Assembly (NCBI GenBank): GCA_964646035.1
Contig: CAZYDJ010000003.1
Span: 1-59,694, forward strand
Direction: 5' to 3'
From: an uncultured Fibrobacteraceae bacterium
GTDB lineage: Bacteria > Krumholzibacteriota > Krumholzibacteriia > LZORAL124-64-63
DNA length: 59,694 nt
Shown here: one piece after another, positions 36,565-45,267 of the stretch
Layout of the letters: each line of letters starts with the position of its first letter
Numbering within the stretch: position 1 is the stretch's first letter
Program-made: the position numbers and the translations under genes
The notes under the pieces: model-generated
Databases searched by the model: none
What the model saw: only the letters and a program-made list of their open reading frames with translations
What the model was told of the DNA's origin: nothing

Positions 36565-37641
36565 GTGACGGATGCGCGTGCTCTTTCACCCGAGGCGATC
36601 AGGTCGGCCCTCGCCGAGATCACCTGCCCTGGAACCAAAGTCGACATTGTTAAGATCAACCTCGTCGGCGATGTCCGGGTCGACGGCGATTCGGTCTCCG
36701 TGGAGATCGTTCGCACCAGCGAGAAGCCCGAGACCATCGCCGCGGTCAAGGAGCTGGTCGAAAAGAAGTTGGCCGGGATGCCGGGCGTCGGCTCGGCCGC
36801 GGTCCGGGTCACCGAACCCGAGGCACCCGCCGCCAAGACGGCCAAGGCCGCTCCAGATCCCTGGGCCGAGCGTTGTTCCCTCGCGGGCGTCAAGAAGATC
36901 GTCGCCGTGGCCAGCGGCAAGGGCGGAGTCGGCAAATCGACCGTCGCCGTGAATCTGGCCCTGGCGCTCAAGCAGAAGGGACATCGGGTCGGTTTGCTGG
37001 ACGCCGATATCTACGGCCCTTCGCTGCCGACGATGCTCGGCACCGAGGAACACCCCCAGGCCATCAGCGATACGGCCATCCTGCCGGTGGAATCCCACGG
37101 TCTGCAGGTCATCTCGATGGGGCTGCTGGTGCCCCCCGGCCAGGCCGTGGTCTGGCGCGGCCCGATGGTCATGGCCGCCATCCGCCAGTTCCTGAAGGAT
37201 GTGCAGTGGAACGACCTGGACTATCTGGTGGTGGACATGCCGCCCGGAACAGGCGACGCTCAGCTCACGCTGGTCCAGCAGGTGCCTGTCGACGGCGTGG
37301 TGATGGTGACCACGCCCCAGGAATTGGCGCTGGCCGACGTGCGGCGCGGAATCCAGATGTTCGGCCACGTTCGCGTGCCGGTCCTGGGCGTTGTGGAGAA
37401 CATGAGCTTCTTCCTCTGCCCGGACAACGGCAAGCGTTACGAGATCTTCGGCAGCGGCGGCGGCGCGGCGGTAGCCGAGCAGTTCGGGGTGCCCCTGCTG
37501 GGCCAGATCCCGATCGAGCCCGCCGTGCGGGCCGGCGGCGACAGCGGCGTGCCCGCGGTCGAAAGCGGCGAGGGAGAGGCCCGCTCCGCGTTCCTCGACC
37601 TGGCGGCGAAGGTGGCAGACGCACTCGAGTCCCAGGACTGA
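36565..37641 (+). CDS. apbC: Fe-S cluster carrier ATPase Mrp/ApbC (DUF59 + ParA-type P-loop)
   Basis: N-terminal ...ITCPGTKVDIVKINLV..., P-loop ASGKGGVGKST, ...MSFFLCPDNGKRYEIFG... Confidence 0.9.
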   Translation: MTDARALSPEAIRSALAEITCPGTKVDIVKINLVGDVRVDGDSVSVEIVRTSEKPETIAAVKELVEKKLAGMPGVGSAAVRVTEPEAPAAKTAKAAPDPWAERCSLAGVKKIVAVASGKGGVGKSTVAVNLALALKQKGHRVGLLDADIYGPSLPTMLGTEEHPQAISDTAILPVESHGLQVISMGLLVPPGQAVVWRGPMVMAAIRQFLKDVQWNDLDYLVVDMPPGTGDAQLTLVQQVPVDGVVMVTTPQELALADVRRGIQMFGHVRVPVLGVVENMSFFLCPDNGKRYEIFGSGGGAAVAEQFGVPLLGQIPIEPAVRAGGDSGVPAVESGEGEARSAFLDLAAKVADALESQD

Positions 37642-37644
37642 CGG

Positions 37645-38877
37645 ATGATTGATCGAATCCGGAATCTCGATGCGACCGGCTGGGCCGGCGTCAGCCTGGG
37701 CATCCTGGCCCTGACGTCGACCCTGTCCATCTCCATCAGCCAGATCGCGCTGGGTTTGTGCCTGGTGTCGATGCTGTGGCTCCGGCGCACCGGTCGGATC
37801 GCCGGAGGAATCGGCCTGGGCCCGATAGCGGCGGCCCTGATCATCTGGGCGGTGGCGATGATCCCGCTCTCGACCGACGTCCACCAGAGCCTCGTATTCT
37901 CGCGGCGCTGGTACCTGCTGGGCGGGGTCTGGGCCGGCTATTGCCTCTGCCGCGGCGAGACGATGCGGCGTCGCATCTACGCTATGATGATCCTCGGCGC
38001 CTTGTCCCTCGCGATCGTGGGATTTTTCCAGGTATTCCGATACGGCCTTCCCAACATCGACTCTTTCGGCAAGTTGATCCGCCGCATCGAGTTGCTGCAG
38101 AACTACATGACCGGCGGCGGATTGTTGATGATGACGGGGTTGGCCGCACTGGCCGGCGTCCTGGCGCTGCCTCGCGGCCGGATGCGGTGGGCGTTGATCG
38201 TGATCCTGTTCCCGATTCTCCTGTCCCTGCTGCTGACGATGACGCGAAGCGCCTGGCTGGGCTTCATCGCCGGCTCGGCCGTCATCCTGAGGCTGAAGTA
38301 CCGGCGAGGCGGCATCCTGATCCTGGTCGTGGCGGCGGTCTTCTACTTTCTGCTGCCGGGCGTGATGAAGGAGAGGCTGGGCTCGATCCTCGATCCGCAG
38401 TACAGCAGCAACTACGAGCGCATCGCGATGTGGGAGAAGGGCCTGGATCTGGTGGGCCGGCATCCGCTGCTCGGGGTCGGAGACCGGGATCTGGCGCGGA
38501 TCAGCGAGGATGATTGGCAGGAGCCTCTGGGCTGGGGCCATCTCCACGATAATTTCCTGATGTTCGCGGTCATCTGGGGCCTGCCCGGGTTGATCCTCGG
38601 CTCGGCCCTGCTGTTGTGGGCGGGATGGTTGTTGTTGCGCGCCTGGCAGAGTCTGCCGCGACCGGGGATCGGCGCCGATCCGCCGGCGGACGAACCGTAT
38701 CGCCGTGTCTGGGTCCTTTCCGGAATCGGGGTCTGGACCGGGTTCATGGTGTTGGGGCTTTTCGATTGGAATTTCGGCGACGCGGAGCCGGTGCTGTTGC
38801 TCTGGCTGGTTACAGGCATCGCCTTATCCGCGGGAATTCGTCCCGTACCGCTGGACAGCGGTAGTGCTAATTCATAG
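37645..38877 (+). CDS. O-antigen ligase-like (Wzy_C domain) polytopic membrane protein
   Basis: About 10 hydrophobic segments, ...LLLTMTRSAWLGF... motif. Starts 3 nt after the mrp stop. Confidence 0.7.
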   Translation: MIDRIRNLDATGWAGVSLGILALTSTLSISISQIALGLCLVSMLWLRRTGRIAGGIGLGPIAAALIIWAVAMIPLSTDVHQSLVFSRRWYLLGGVWAGYCLCRGETMRRRIYAMMILGALSLAIVGFFQVFRYGLPNIDSFGKLIRRIELLQNYMTGGGLLMMTGLAALAGVLALPRGRMRWALIVILFPILLSLLLTMTRSAWLGFIAGSAVILRLKYRRGGILILVVAAVFYFLLPGVMKERLGSILDPQYSSNYERIAMWEKGLDLVGRHPLLGVGDRDLARISEDDWQEPLGWGHLHDNFLMFAVIWGLPGLILGSALLLWAGWLLLRAWQSLPRPGIGADPPADEPYRRVWVLSGIGVWTGFMVLGLFDWNFGDAEPVLLLWLVTGIALSAGIRPVPLDSGSANS

Positions 38878-38887
38878 AGTTGCTGTC

Positions 38888-39349
38888 ATGAATCTGACCG
38901 ACTACATGACCGAATACCGGATGCTGCCCCGCCTCGACTGCCGCGACAAGCGCGAGATCGTGGCGCGGATGGTGGAGGCGCTTTCAGTGGAGGGATCGGT
39001 TTCCTCGGCGGCGGGTCTGGCCGCCGACATCCTGCGTCGCGAGGACGAGGAGCCGACCGCCCTGGGACTCGGCCTGGCGCTGCCCCATGCCCGTTCGGCA
39101 AAGATCGACGGGATAGCGGTCGTCGTCGCCACTCTCGCCGAACCTCTCGATATGGGCGCCGCAGACGGCAGGCCGGTCGACGTCGTGATTCTCAGTGTCG
39201 GCCCGCTTGAAGACCCGCGCGGGATGCTGCGCGTGCTGGCGAAACTGGCCCGCGTCGTGAAGCAGCGCGGCTTTCTCGATTCGCTTCGTCTCGCCGCCGG
39301 GCCTCAGCAGATGCTGATGACCGTTGAAAGAGCCGAATCAAATATCTAA
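38888..39349 (+). CDS. PTS EIIA(Ntr)-like regulatory protein (PtsN family), paralog 1
   Basis: ...LGLGLALPHARS (His site)...VDVVILSVGP... Internal ATG of track ORF 38705-39349. Confidence 0.75.
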   Translation: MNLTDYMTEYRMLPRLDCRDKREIVARMVEALSVEGSVSSAAGLAADILRREDEEPTALGLGLALPHARSAKIDGIAVVVATLAEPLDMGAADGRPVDVVILSVGPLEDPRGMLRVLAKLARVVKQRGFLDSLRLAAGPQQMLMTVERAESNI

Positions 39350-39377
39350 ATAGATAATTTCTTCCCAGTGAGCGCCC

Positions 39378-39406
39378 TTGCTCCCCCCGTCGGCATGGGT
39401 TATTGT
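39378..39406 (+). promoter_or_regulatory. Possible promoter of the 39.5-49.7 kb envelope operon
   Basis: TTGCTC, 17 nt, TATTGT. Preceded by an AT-rich stretch AATATCTAAATAGATAATTTC. Confidence 0.3.
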
Positions 39407-39478
39407 GAACGGCCAAGTCAAAGCCTTTAGCCGTCTTTCCCGAAGACTTCCGGAGTCTCTCCCGAAGGGAGCGAACAG

Positions 39479-41827
39479 ATGTCCAGTCCTCTCCAGCGGG
39501 TCCTATCCATTTTCTGGCTGGCCTTGTTGGCCGTTGCCGTGATGGCCCCCGCCTGTCTCGCCCAGGATCACATCGTCTTTACCGAGGTGGTGCTGACCGA
39601 GCGTTCAGGTGTGCCCGGTCTCGGGTGCGAGTACATCGAACTCGCCAACCCCGGCGCCACCGAAGTGGATCTGTCGGATGTGTTCCTCACCGATGCCACC
39701 CGCATCACCCAGCCCACCCAGTACTACGAGATCGTCACCGGCTCCGCCGCCGGCGGCGGGGGAACCGCCGGCGATTTCCACTGCCGTTTCCCGCAGGGCG
39801 CCACGATCGCTCCGGGAGACACGATCCTGATCTCGGTCGTGGGCAGCAACGCCTTCTTCGCCTCCTACCAGCGCCTGCCGGATTTCGAGCTTTTCGAGGA
39901 CGGGCTCACGCCTGATACCATCCCCGAAATGGTCGAGGTCTTTCCCGGCAGCGTGGGCTACGGCCTGGGCTCGGGCGGCACCAACACCCTCAGCGCCGAG
40001 CAGTGGCTGGGCGACACCAACGGCGCGCTGCTGCTCTACACCTGGGACGGGGAGTCGGATCTGGTCTCCGATCTGGACTATGTGCATTGGGGAGCCTTGA
40101 GCACGGTCCGCATCGACAAGTCGGGCGTGGCTGTCGACGGCCCTGACGCCGACGGGGAATCGTCTGCCTATGCCGCGGACACTCCGGCTTCATCCCAGCA
40201 GCCGATCAGCACCGCCACCTTCAGGTTCGGCGATTCCTTCCAGAGGAACGCATTCGCCGAAGGAGCGGAAATCGCGACCGGCGGCAACGGGATTTCGGGC
40301 CACGACGAGACCAGCGAACCGCTGGCCTCGACCTGGACCCAGTTCACCGGCAGCCAGGATCCGGCCGCTTCGCCCGTTGTCAACCTGCCGCCCGCGCCGA
40401 TCATCATCGCGACGGAATTGTCTCCCGCCGTTCCGCGGGAGAACCAGGGCGCGACCGTGACGGTCACGGCCCTGGCCGCTGACGGCGTGGCGACGATGAC
40501 TATCTGGTACAGGGTGGACGGGGGCGCCTTCATCGACGTCGCCTGCTCCGACAACGGCGACGACACCTGGGACGGAACGATACCCGGCCAGGCTCTCGAC
40601 GCCGTAGTCGACTGGTATCTGTCCACTACGGGCACCGGCGGCGGAGTCGCCCACCGGCCCGTCGCGGCGCCCACCTACGTGGAAACCTACACCGTCGTCG
40701 CCGCGCCCGAACCCGGCGAGGGTCCGGCCAAGCTGCTGCTGACCGAGATCTGCACCAAGGGCTCGGCCGGCGAATTCATCGAGATCATGAATCCCAACGA
40801 TTTCGACGTGAACCTCGGCGACTACTATCTCACCGACGCGGTCTACTACGAGCAGGGCTACTTCAAGATCGCCGCCGGCGCCACCCAGACGACCGTCGGC
40901 GGCGGCGCGTTCTACGACTTCAACGCCCGCTTCCCCGAGGACGCGGTCCTGCCCGCCGGCGAGTCGACCACCATCTCGGTCCCGGGCAGCAACAGTTTCG
41001 CCGATACCTATCTGGGATCCATCCCCGGTTACGAGCTCTTCGAGGACGGAGATTTCGCCGACCAGGTGCCGGATATGCGCGAGATATTCCCCGGCAGCAT
41101 CCGCGGCACCGACATCCCGTCGTTGACCAACATCAACCTCGATACGAGCGGTGGCGAGATCGTCGTCCTCTATTACTGGGACGGCGTCAGCGACCTGACC
41201 GTCGATATCGACGCCTTCGCCTGGGGCGACGGCAACAGCTACCGCTACAACAAGAGCGGCTTGACGGTCCTGTCCAGCAGCTACGCTCCCGAGGCCGGCT
41301 ATCCCAACCCGTATATGGCCGACCACGGTTTCGAGGAGTCGTTCCAGCGGGTCGACTTCACCGAGGGGACCCAGACCGCCGTCGGCAGCAACGGTGTCGA
41401 CGGCCGGGACGAGACCAGCGAGAACCTGCCCCTGACCTGGGGCGTCGCTCCGGTCGATCCCGCTTCGCCGCCGCTGCCCGAGGGCGCCGGCGTGGTTACC
41501 CTGAGCACTCCGCCGCGCACCTTCCTGCCGACCATGGCGGAGGGATTCCCGGTGAGCTTCTCTTCGGCGCCGGGCAGCCTGACCATCCTGCGGATCTTCG
41601 ATCTCGACGGTCGTCTCGTGCGCACGCTCTACCACAGCCAGTTCGACGGTCCCGCCTCGGTCGATCCCGAGCACCCGACCGAGATGTTCTGGGACGGTCG
41701 TAACGACGAATTCGAGCTGGTCAAGGCCGGCATGTACATCGTGCACCTTTCGGTGCGGAATTCCGAGAACGGCGACTCCGAGACGAAGACAGCGCCCGCG
41801 GTCGTCGCGACTCGGCTGAGCAAGTGA
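39479..41827 (+). CDS. Secreted protein with two lamin-tail-domain (LTD) modules, a central Ig-like region and a FlgD-Ig / T9SS-type C-terminal domain
   Basis: Signal peptide ...VMAPACLA. LTD-like ...FTEVVL...CEYIELANPGATEVDLSDVFLTD... and ...LLLTEIC...GEFIEIMNPNDFDVNLGDYYLTD... C-terminus is ...LTILRIFDLDGRLVRTLYH...FWDGRND..ELVKAGMYIVHL... Confidence 0.75.
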   Translation: MSSPLQRVLSIFWLALLAVAVMAPACLAQDHIVFTEVVLTERSGVPGLGCEYIELANPGATEVDLSDVFLTDATRITQPTQYYEIVTGSAAGGGGTAGDFHCRFPQGATIAPGDTILISVVGSNAFFASYQRLPDFELFEDGLTPDTIPEMVEVFPGSVGYGLGSGGTNTLSAEQWLGDTNGALLLYTWDGESDLVSDLDYVHWGALSTVRIDKSGVAVDGPDADGESSAYAADTPASSQQPISTATFRFGDSFQRNAFAEGAEIATGGNGISGHDETSEPLASTWTQFTGSQDPAASPVVNLPPAPIIIATELSPAVPRENQGATVTVTALAADGVATMTIWYRVDGGAFIDVACSDNGDDTWDGTIPGQALDAVVDWYLSTTGTGGGVAHRPVAAPTYVETYTVVAAPEPGEGPAKLLLTEICTKGSAGEFIEIMNPNDFDVNLGDYYLTDAVYYEQGYFKIAAGATQTTVGGGAFYDFNARFPEDAVLPAGESTTISVPGSNSFADTYLGSIPGYELFEDGDFADQVPDMREIFPGSIRGTDIPSLTNINLDTSGGEIVVLYYWDGVSDLTVDIDAFAWGDGNSYRYNKSGLTVLSSSYAPEAGYPNPYMADHGFEESFQRVDFTEGTQTAVGSNGVDGRDETSENLPLTWGVAPVDPASPPLPEGAGVVTLSTPPRTFLPTMAEGFPVSFSSAPGSLTILRIFDLDGRLVRTLYHSQFDGPASVDPEHPTEMFWDGRNDEFELVKAGMYIVHLSVRNSENGDSETKTAPAVVATRLSK
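39566..41447 (+). repeat. Internal duplication: two ~240-260 aa LTD-containing modules (39566-40347 and 40728-41447)
   Basis: Collinear matches: YELFEDG/FELFEDG, VFPGS/IFPGS, LLLYTWDGESDLVSDLDYVHWG vs VVLYYWDGVSDLTVDIDAFAWG, FQRNAFAEG vs FQRVDFTEG, NGISGHDETSEPLASTW vs NGVDGRDETSENLPLTW. Confidence 0.8.
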
Positions 41828-41841
41828 GAGAGGTGTAAACG

Positions 41842-42753
41842 ATGACACGGAAAATGATGCTGTTCGGCGTCGCTTTGGTTCTCGGCCTCTCCGCGTTGCC
41901 TGCGTTCGCGGCCTTCGAGAACGTCGACATCAGCCCCCGGGCCCGGGCCATGGGCGGCGCGGGCGCGGCGGTCGCCGACGACGCCTTCGCCCCTTATTTC
42001 AACCCTGCCGGAATCATGTTGCAGGAGGATATCGCCCTCGGCACCAGCTATGTCCGGCCTTACGGTCTCGACTTCACCGATCTCGTCTATCTGGGCGCGG
42101 TCGTCCCGCTGAGCGGGAAATCGGGCGGCTTCGGTTTCGGCCTGCGCCGGTTCGCGGTCGAATACCAGGATGTCGATCTCACCACCGAGACCACCATCAC
42201 CGCGTCCTATGCGGCCAAGGTCTACGAGGATCTCCACTCGTCGGTCACCTTCGGATCGAGCCTCAACTTCAATCACCTGGAGTTCGGCGAGTCGATCGGC
42301 TCCGGCATGGAAGCTGACGATTCCATCGATCCCGGTGATGACTGGGCGGTCGGTCTCGACGTCGGCATGATGGTGACCCTGCACGAGCGCACTCGTCTCG
42401 GAGTGATGGTCAAGAACCTGAACAACCCGCAGATCGGCATCGACGAGGAAGAGCTCGGACAACGCCTGATCGGCGGCGTCAGCTATCTGCCGTACGACGG
42501 GGTAGTCACGACGTTCGAGTTCGAGAACGCCCTCGACGGCGAACTGCAGTACCACGGCGGCGTCGAGATGACCGCCATGGAGAATCTGTTCCTGCGTTGC
42601 GGCGTGGCTACCAACCCGCAGAAGCTTACAGCGGGATTCGGCTACGGCATGGAAGGTCTGATAGTCAACTACGGCTTCTCGACCGGTGGCGGAACCCTCG
42701 ATTCCTCCCACCAGTTCGGGCTGACCTTCACCTGGGGTGGTGAAGCGCCGTGA
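41842..42753 (+). CDS. PorV/PorQ- or FadL-like outer-membrane beta-barrel
   Basis: Signal peptide ...ALPAFA. ...SPRARAMGGAGAAVADDAFAPYFNPAGI... is typical of the PorV/UPF0164/FadL N-terminal motif. Alternating beta pattern. Confidence 0.65.
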   Translation: MTRKMMLFGVALVLGLSALPAFAAFENVDISPRARAMGGAGAAVADDAFAPYFNPAGIMLQEDIALGTSYVRPYGLDFTDLVYLGAVVPLSGKSGGFGFGLRRFAVEYQDVDLTTETTITASYAAKVYEDLHSSVTFGSSLNFNHLEFGESIGSGMEADDSIDPGDDWAVGLDVGMMVTLHERTRLGVMVKNLNNPQIGIDEEELGQRLIGGVSYLPYDGVVTTFEFENALDGELQYHGGVEMTAMENLFLRCGVATNPQKLTAGFGYGMEGLIVNYGFSTGGGTLDSSHQFGLTFTWGGEAP

Positions 42754-45251
42754 GAAATACCTGGATTATTCCCGCGATAGCGCTGCTGCTGCTTGGCGCC
42801 GCGATGGCGCCTGCCGGCGCCGCCGATCAGCAGGAACCGCTGGATCTCAACCGGGCCGTCCTGGAAGAGGTCGCGGCCCTGCCGATACCGGCGGAGTTGG
42901 CTCGCAGCATCATCGACTATCGCACTTATGTCCGATTCTTCGCCAGCGTCTACGACCTGATGGAGGTCGAGGGGATGACCGCCGATTATCTGGCGGTCCT
43001 GCGGCCCCTGGTCTCGACGCTGCCGCCGGATGTGGGCGACGCCTCGATGGCCCGTCTGACCGCCAGCTACCGGCAGGCGGCCAGGTATCTGGGCCAGGAA
43101 GGCGCCAGCGAGGGTTTGGTCGATGAGTACCTGGACATGCTGCGGGATCCGGTCGATGTCAACGACCTGGATATATTCGACCTGCAGAGCTTCCAGAACG
43201 TGTCGCCGGTCGACGCCAAGAACATCCTCAAATCGCGCAATCGGCTGGGTCGTTTCGACGAAGCCCGGCAGCTGCGCGCCAGCGAGAATCTGCGCTACTG
43301 GGCCTATCGGAACATCCGGGATTTCGTCTATTACACCGATGCGGAGAAGGACGAACTCCAGGACAAGATCCACGGCAACTACCAGGTGCGTTACTACGAT
43401 TCGCCGTACATGCTCGACGACGAGGAGATCACGGCCGATTCCGACCGCAGTCTGCAGCAGCGGCTGATCATGGGCGATCCGCACATGACCCACAAGCTGA
43501 CGCTGAATCTCGGCGGCGGGGTGCGCGCGGGTCTGCTCACCCACCGCAACATGGGCGAGCAGTCCTGGAGCGAGACGCTCAAGGGCTATTACGGCGTCGA
43601 CAACCAGCACTTCGGCCCCTTCCACCTGAAGAGGCTCTACTTCGGCAACTACCGGCTCTCCTTCGGGCAGGGCCTGATCATGGACAACACCGATTTCGCC
43701 ATGTACCGCAAGACCGGCTACGGTTGGAACAAGCGTCCTCAGGGAGTGCGCGGCGATCTGAGCCGCAGCCATGAATACGCTTTGACCGGAGTCGCGGTCG
43801 AAGGCGCAGCCGGACCGATCCACGCCACCTTCTTCAGCTCCTGGGAAAAGAAGGACGGCATCCTCAATACGCCCGATCCGGTTACCGGCGATGTCACGGT
43901 CAACCGTTACGTCACGATGGAGCCCCGGCTCGAGAACAGCCTGCTCGACAACAGGCTGACCGACACCTTCGAGCCCACGGGCCTGCGTCGCGACGCCTTC
44001 GAAGAGGACATCGTCGGCGGCAACATCAAGCTGATGCTCGGGACGGCGACCTACGTCGGGATCACCGGATACGAGGCCAAGTACGACAAGGCCTTCTCTC
44101 CGGATCCGGCGACGCTGGTGGCCGACCTCGGCAAGCTCGAGACCCGCGACAGCGAGATCCTCGCCGGCTACAACAGCGTCGAGATCGATCCCGAAAGCGG
44201 CGAACGCACGTTCCACAAGTTTCGCCGGGTCTACGGCGCCGAGTTCCAGACCGTCTTCGACAACGTGGCCTTCCAGGGCGAATACGGAGTCCTGCAGGAT
44301 CCGAAGTCGAACCTGTTCCACGGCGACAACAAGGACGCCCTGGTCCTCAACGGCTACGCCCAGTGGGACGACCTGCACCTGCTGGGAATCTTCCGCGACT
44401 ACGACCTGGGCTACGACAACCCGTATAACCGGGCCTTCGCCAACGACAACCGCTACGAGCAGACGCTGCTCGACGCGCCGTACCGGATGAAGGACGACCT
44501 CTACAGCTGGCTGTCGCTCAACGAGCCCCAGCCCAAGCCGGAGAAGGGCATCTTCCTCCAGACCCGTTATCGGATCAGCCGCAGCCTGATCCTCAACGGT
44601 CTCGAGTACGACCAGTGGCAGCGGCAGGCCGACGGCACCGATCTGACCCGCTACACGGTCAAGGTCGAGTACCAGCCCATCTTCAATCTGCGTTTGCGGA
44701 TGCGGCATCGCTACAGCAGCCGTTCCGAGAGCGACATCTCGGACGTGCGCTGGTTCCAGTCGTGGGAGAGCAGGTGGGAACTGATCTCGATGCTTTCCAA
44801 CTACGACCGGCTGAAGTTCATGTATATGACCAGCAACGTGTGGTTCCCGCCGCGGCAGCGTCTCAGCGGGACACCCGAGCCCGGTTCCACTGGCAGCGGT
44901 CTCGGCACCGCGGCCATTCCGGCGCACGCGTTCCAGGTGATGTACGAGCACCACTTCACTCCGTATGTCAGGCTGCTTGTCAGCACCGAGATGTACGACG
45001 GATTCCTCTGGAACTTCGAGGGGAACGAGTTCGTGGTGGTGGACGGGCGGGGATTCCGCAACTGGGCCAAGATCGAGAGCCGGGTTTCCGAGCGGCTCCT
45101 GTTCCAACTCAAGGTGATGCGGGACCACAACCTGCCCCTGACGTATCTCGACGTCCGCGAGTACGGCGACGTCTACGGACCCGAACCGGAGAGTTCCTAC
45201 GTCCCGAACGACTGGACGACTTTCCGGATGCAGCTCGACTATTCCTTCTGA
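42750..45251 (+). CDS. 833-aa predicted outer-membrane protein: signal peptide + two ComEA-like helix-hairpin-helix motifs + ~650-aa beta-rich (barrel-like) region
   Basis: The GTG start overlaps the upstream stop (GTGA). ...LDLNRAVLEEVAALPIPAELARSIIDYR... and ...VDVNDLDIFDLQSFQNVSPVDAKNILKSRNRLGRF... Aromatic-rich alternating pattern. C-terminus is ...FRMQLDYSF. Confidence 0.6.
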   Translation: MRNTWIIPAIALLLLGAAMAPAGAADQQEPLDLNRAVLEEVAALPIPAELARSIIDYRTYVRFFASVYDLMEVEGMTADYLAVLRPLVSTLPPDVGDASMARLTASYRQAARYLGQEGASEGLVDEYLDMLRDPVDVNDLDIFDLQSFQNVSPVDAKNILKSRNRLGRFDEARQLRASENLRYWAYRNIRDFVYYTDAEKDELQDKIHGNYQVRYYDSPYMLDDEEITADSDRSLQQRLIMGDPHMTHKLTLNLGGGVRAGLLTHRNMGEQSWSETLKGYYGVDNQHFGPFHLKRLYFGNYRLSFGQGLIMDNTDFAMYRKTGYGWNKRPQGVRGDLSRSHEYALTGVAVEGAAGPIHATFFSSWEKKDGILNTPDPVTGDVTVNRYVTMEPRLENSLLDNRLTDTFEPTGLRRDAFEEDIVGGNIKLMLGTATYVGITGYEAKYDKAFSPDPATLVADLGKLETRDSEILAGYNSVEIDPESGERTFHKFRRVYGAEFQTVFDNVAFQGEYGVLQDPKSNLFHGDNKDALVLNGYAQWDDLHLLGIFRDYDLGYDNPYNRAFANDNRYEQTLLDAPYRMKDDLYSWLSLNEPQPKPEKGIFLQTRYRISRSLILNGLEYDQWQRQADGTDLTRYTVKVEYQPIFNLRLRMRHRYSSRSESDISDVRWFQSWESRWELISMLSNYDRLKFMYMTSNVWFPPRQRLSGTPEPGSTGSGLGTAAIPAHAFQVMYEHHFTPYVRLLVSTEMYDGFLWNFEGNEFVVVDGRGFRNWAKIESRVSERLLFQLKVMRDHNLPLTYLDVREYGDVYGPEPESSYVPNDWTTFRMQLDYSF

Positions 45252-45267
45252 CGGGGAGACCGAAGAT

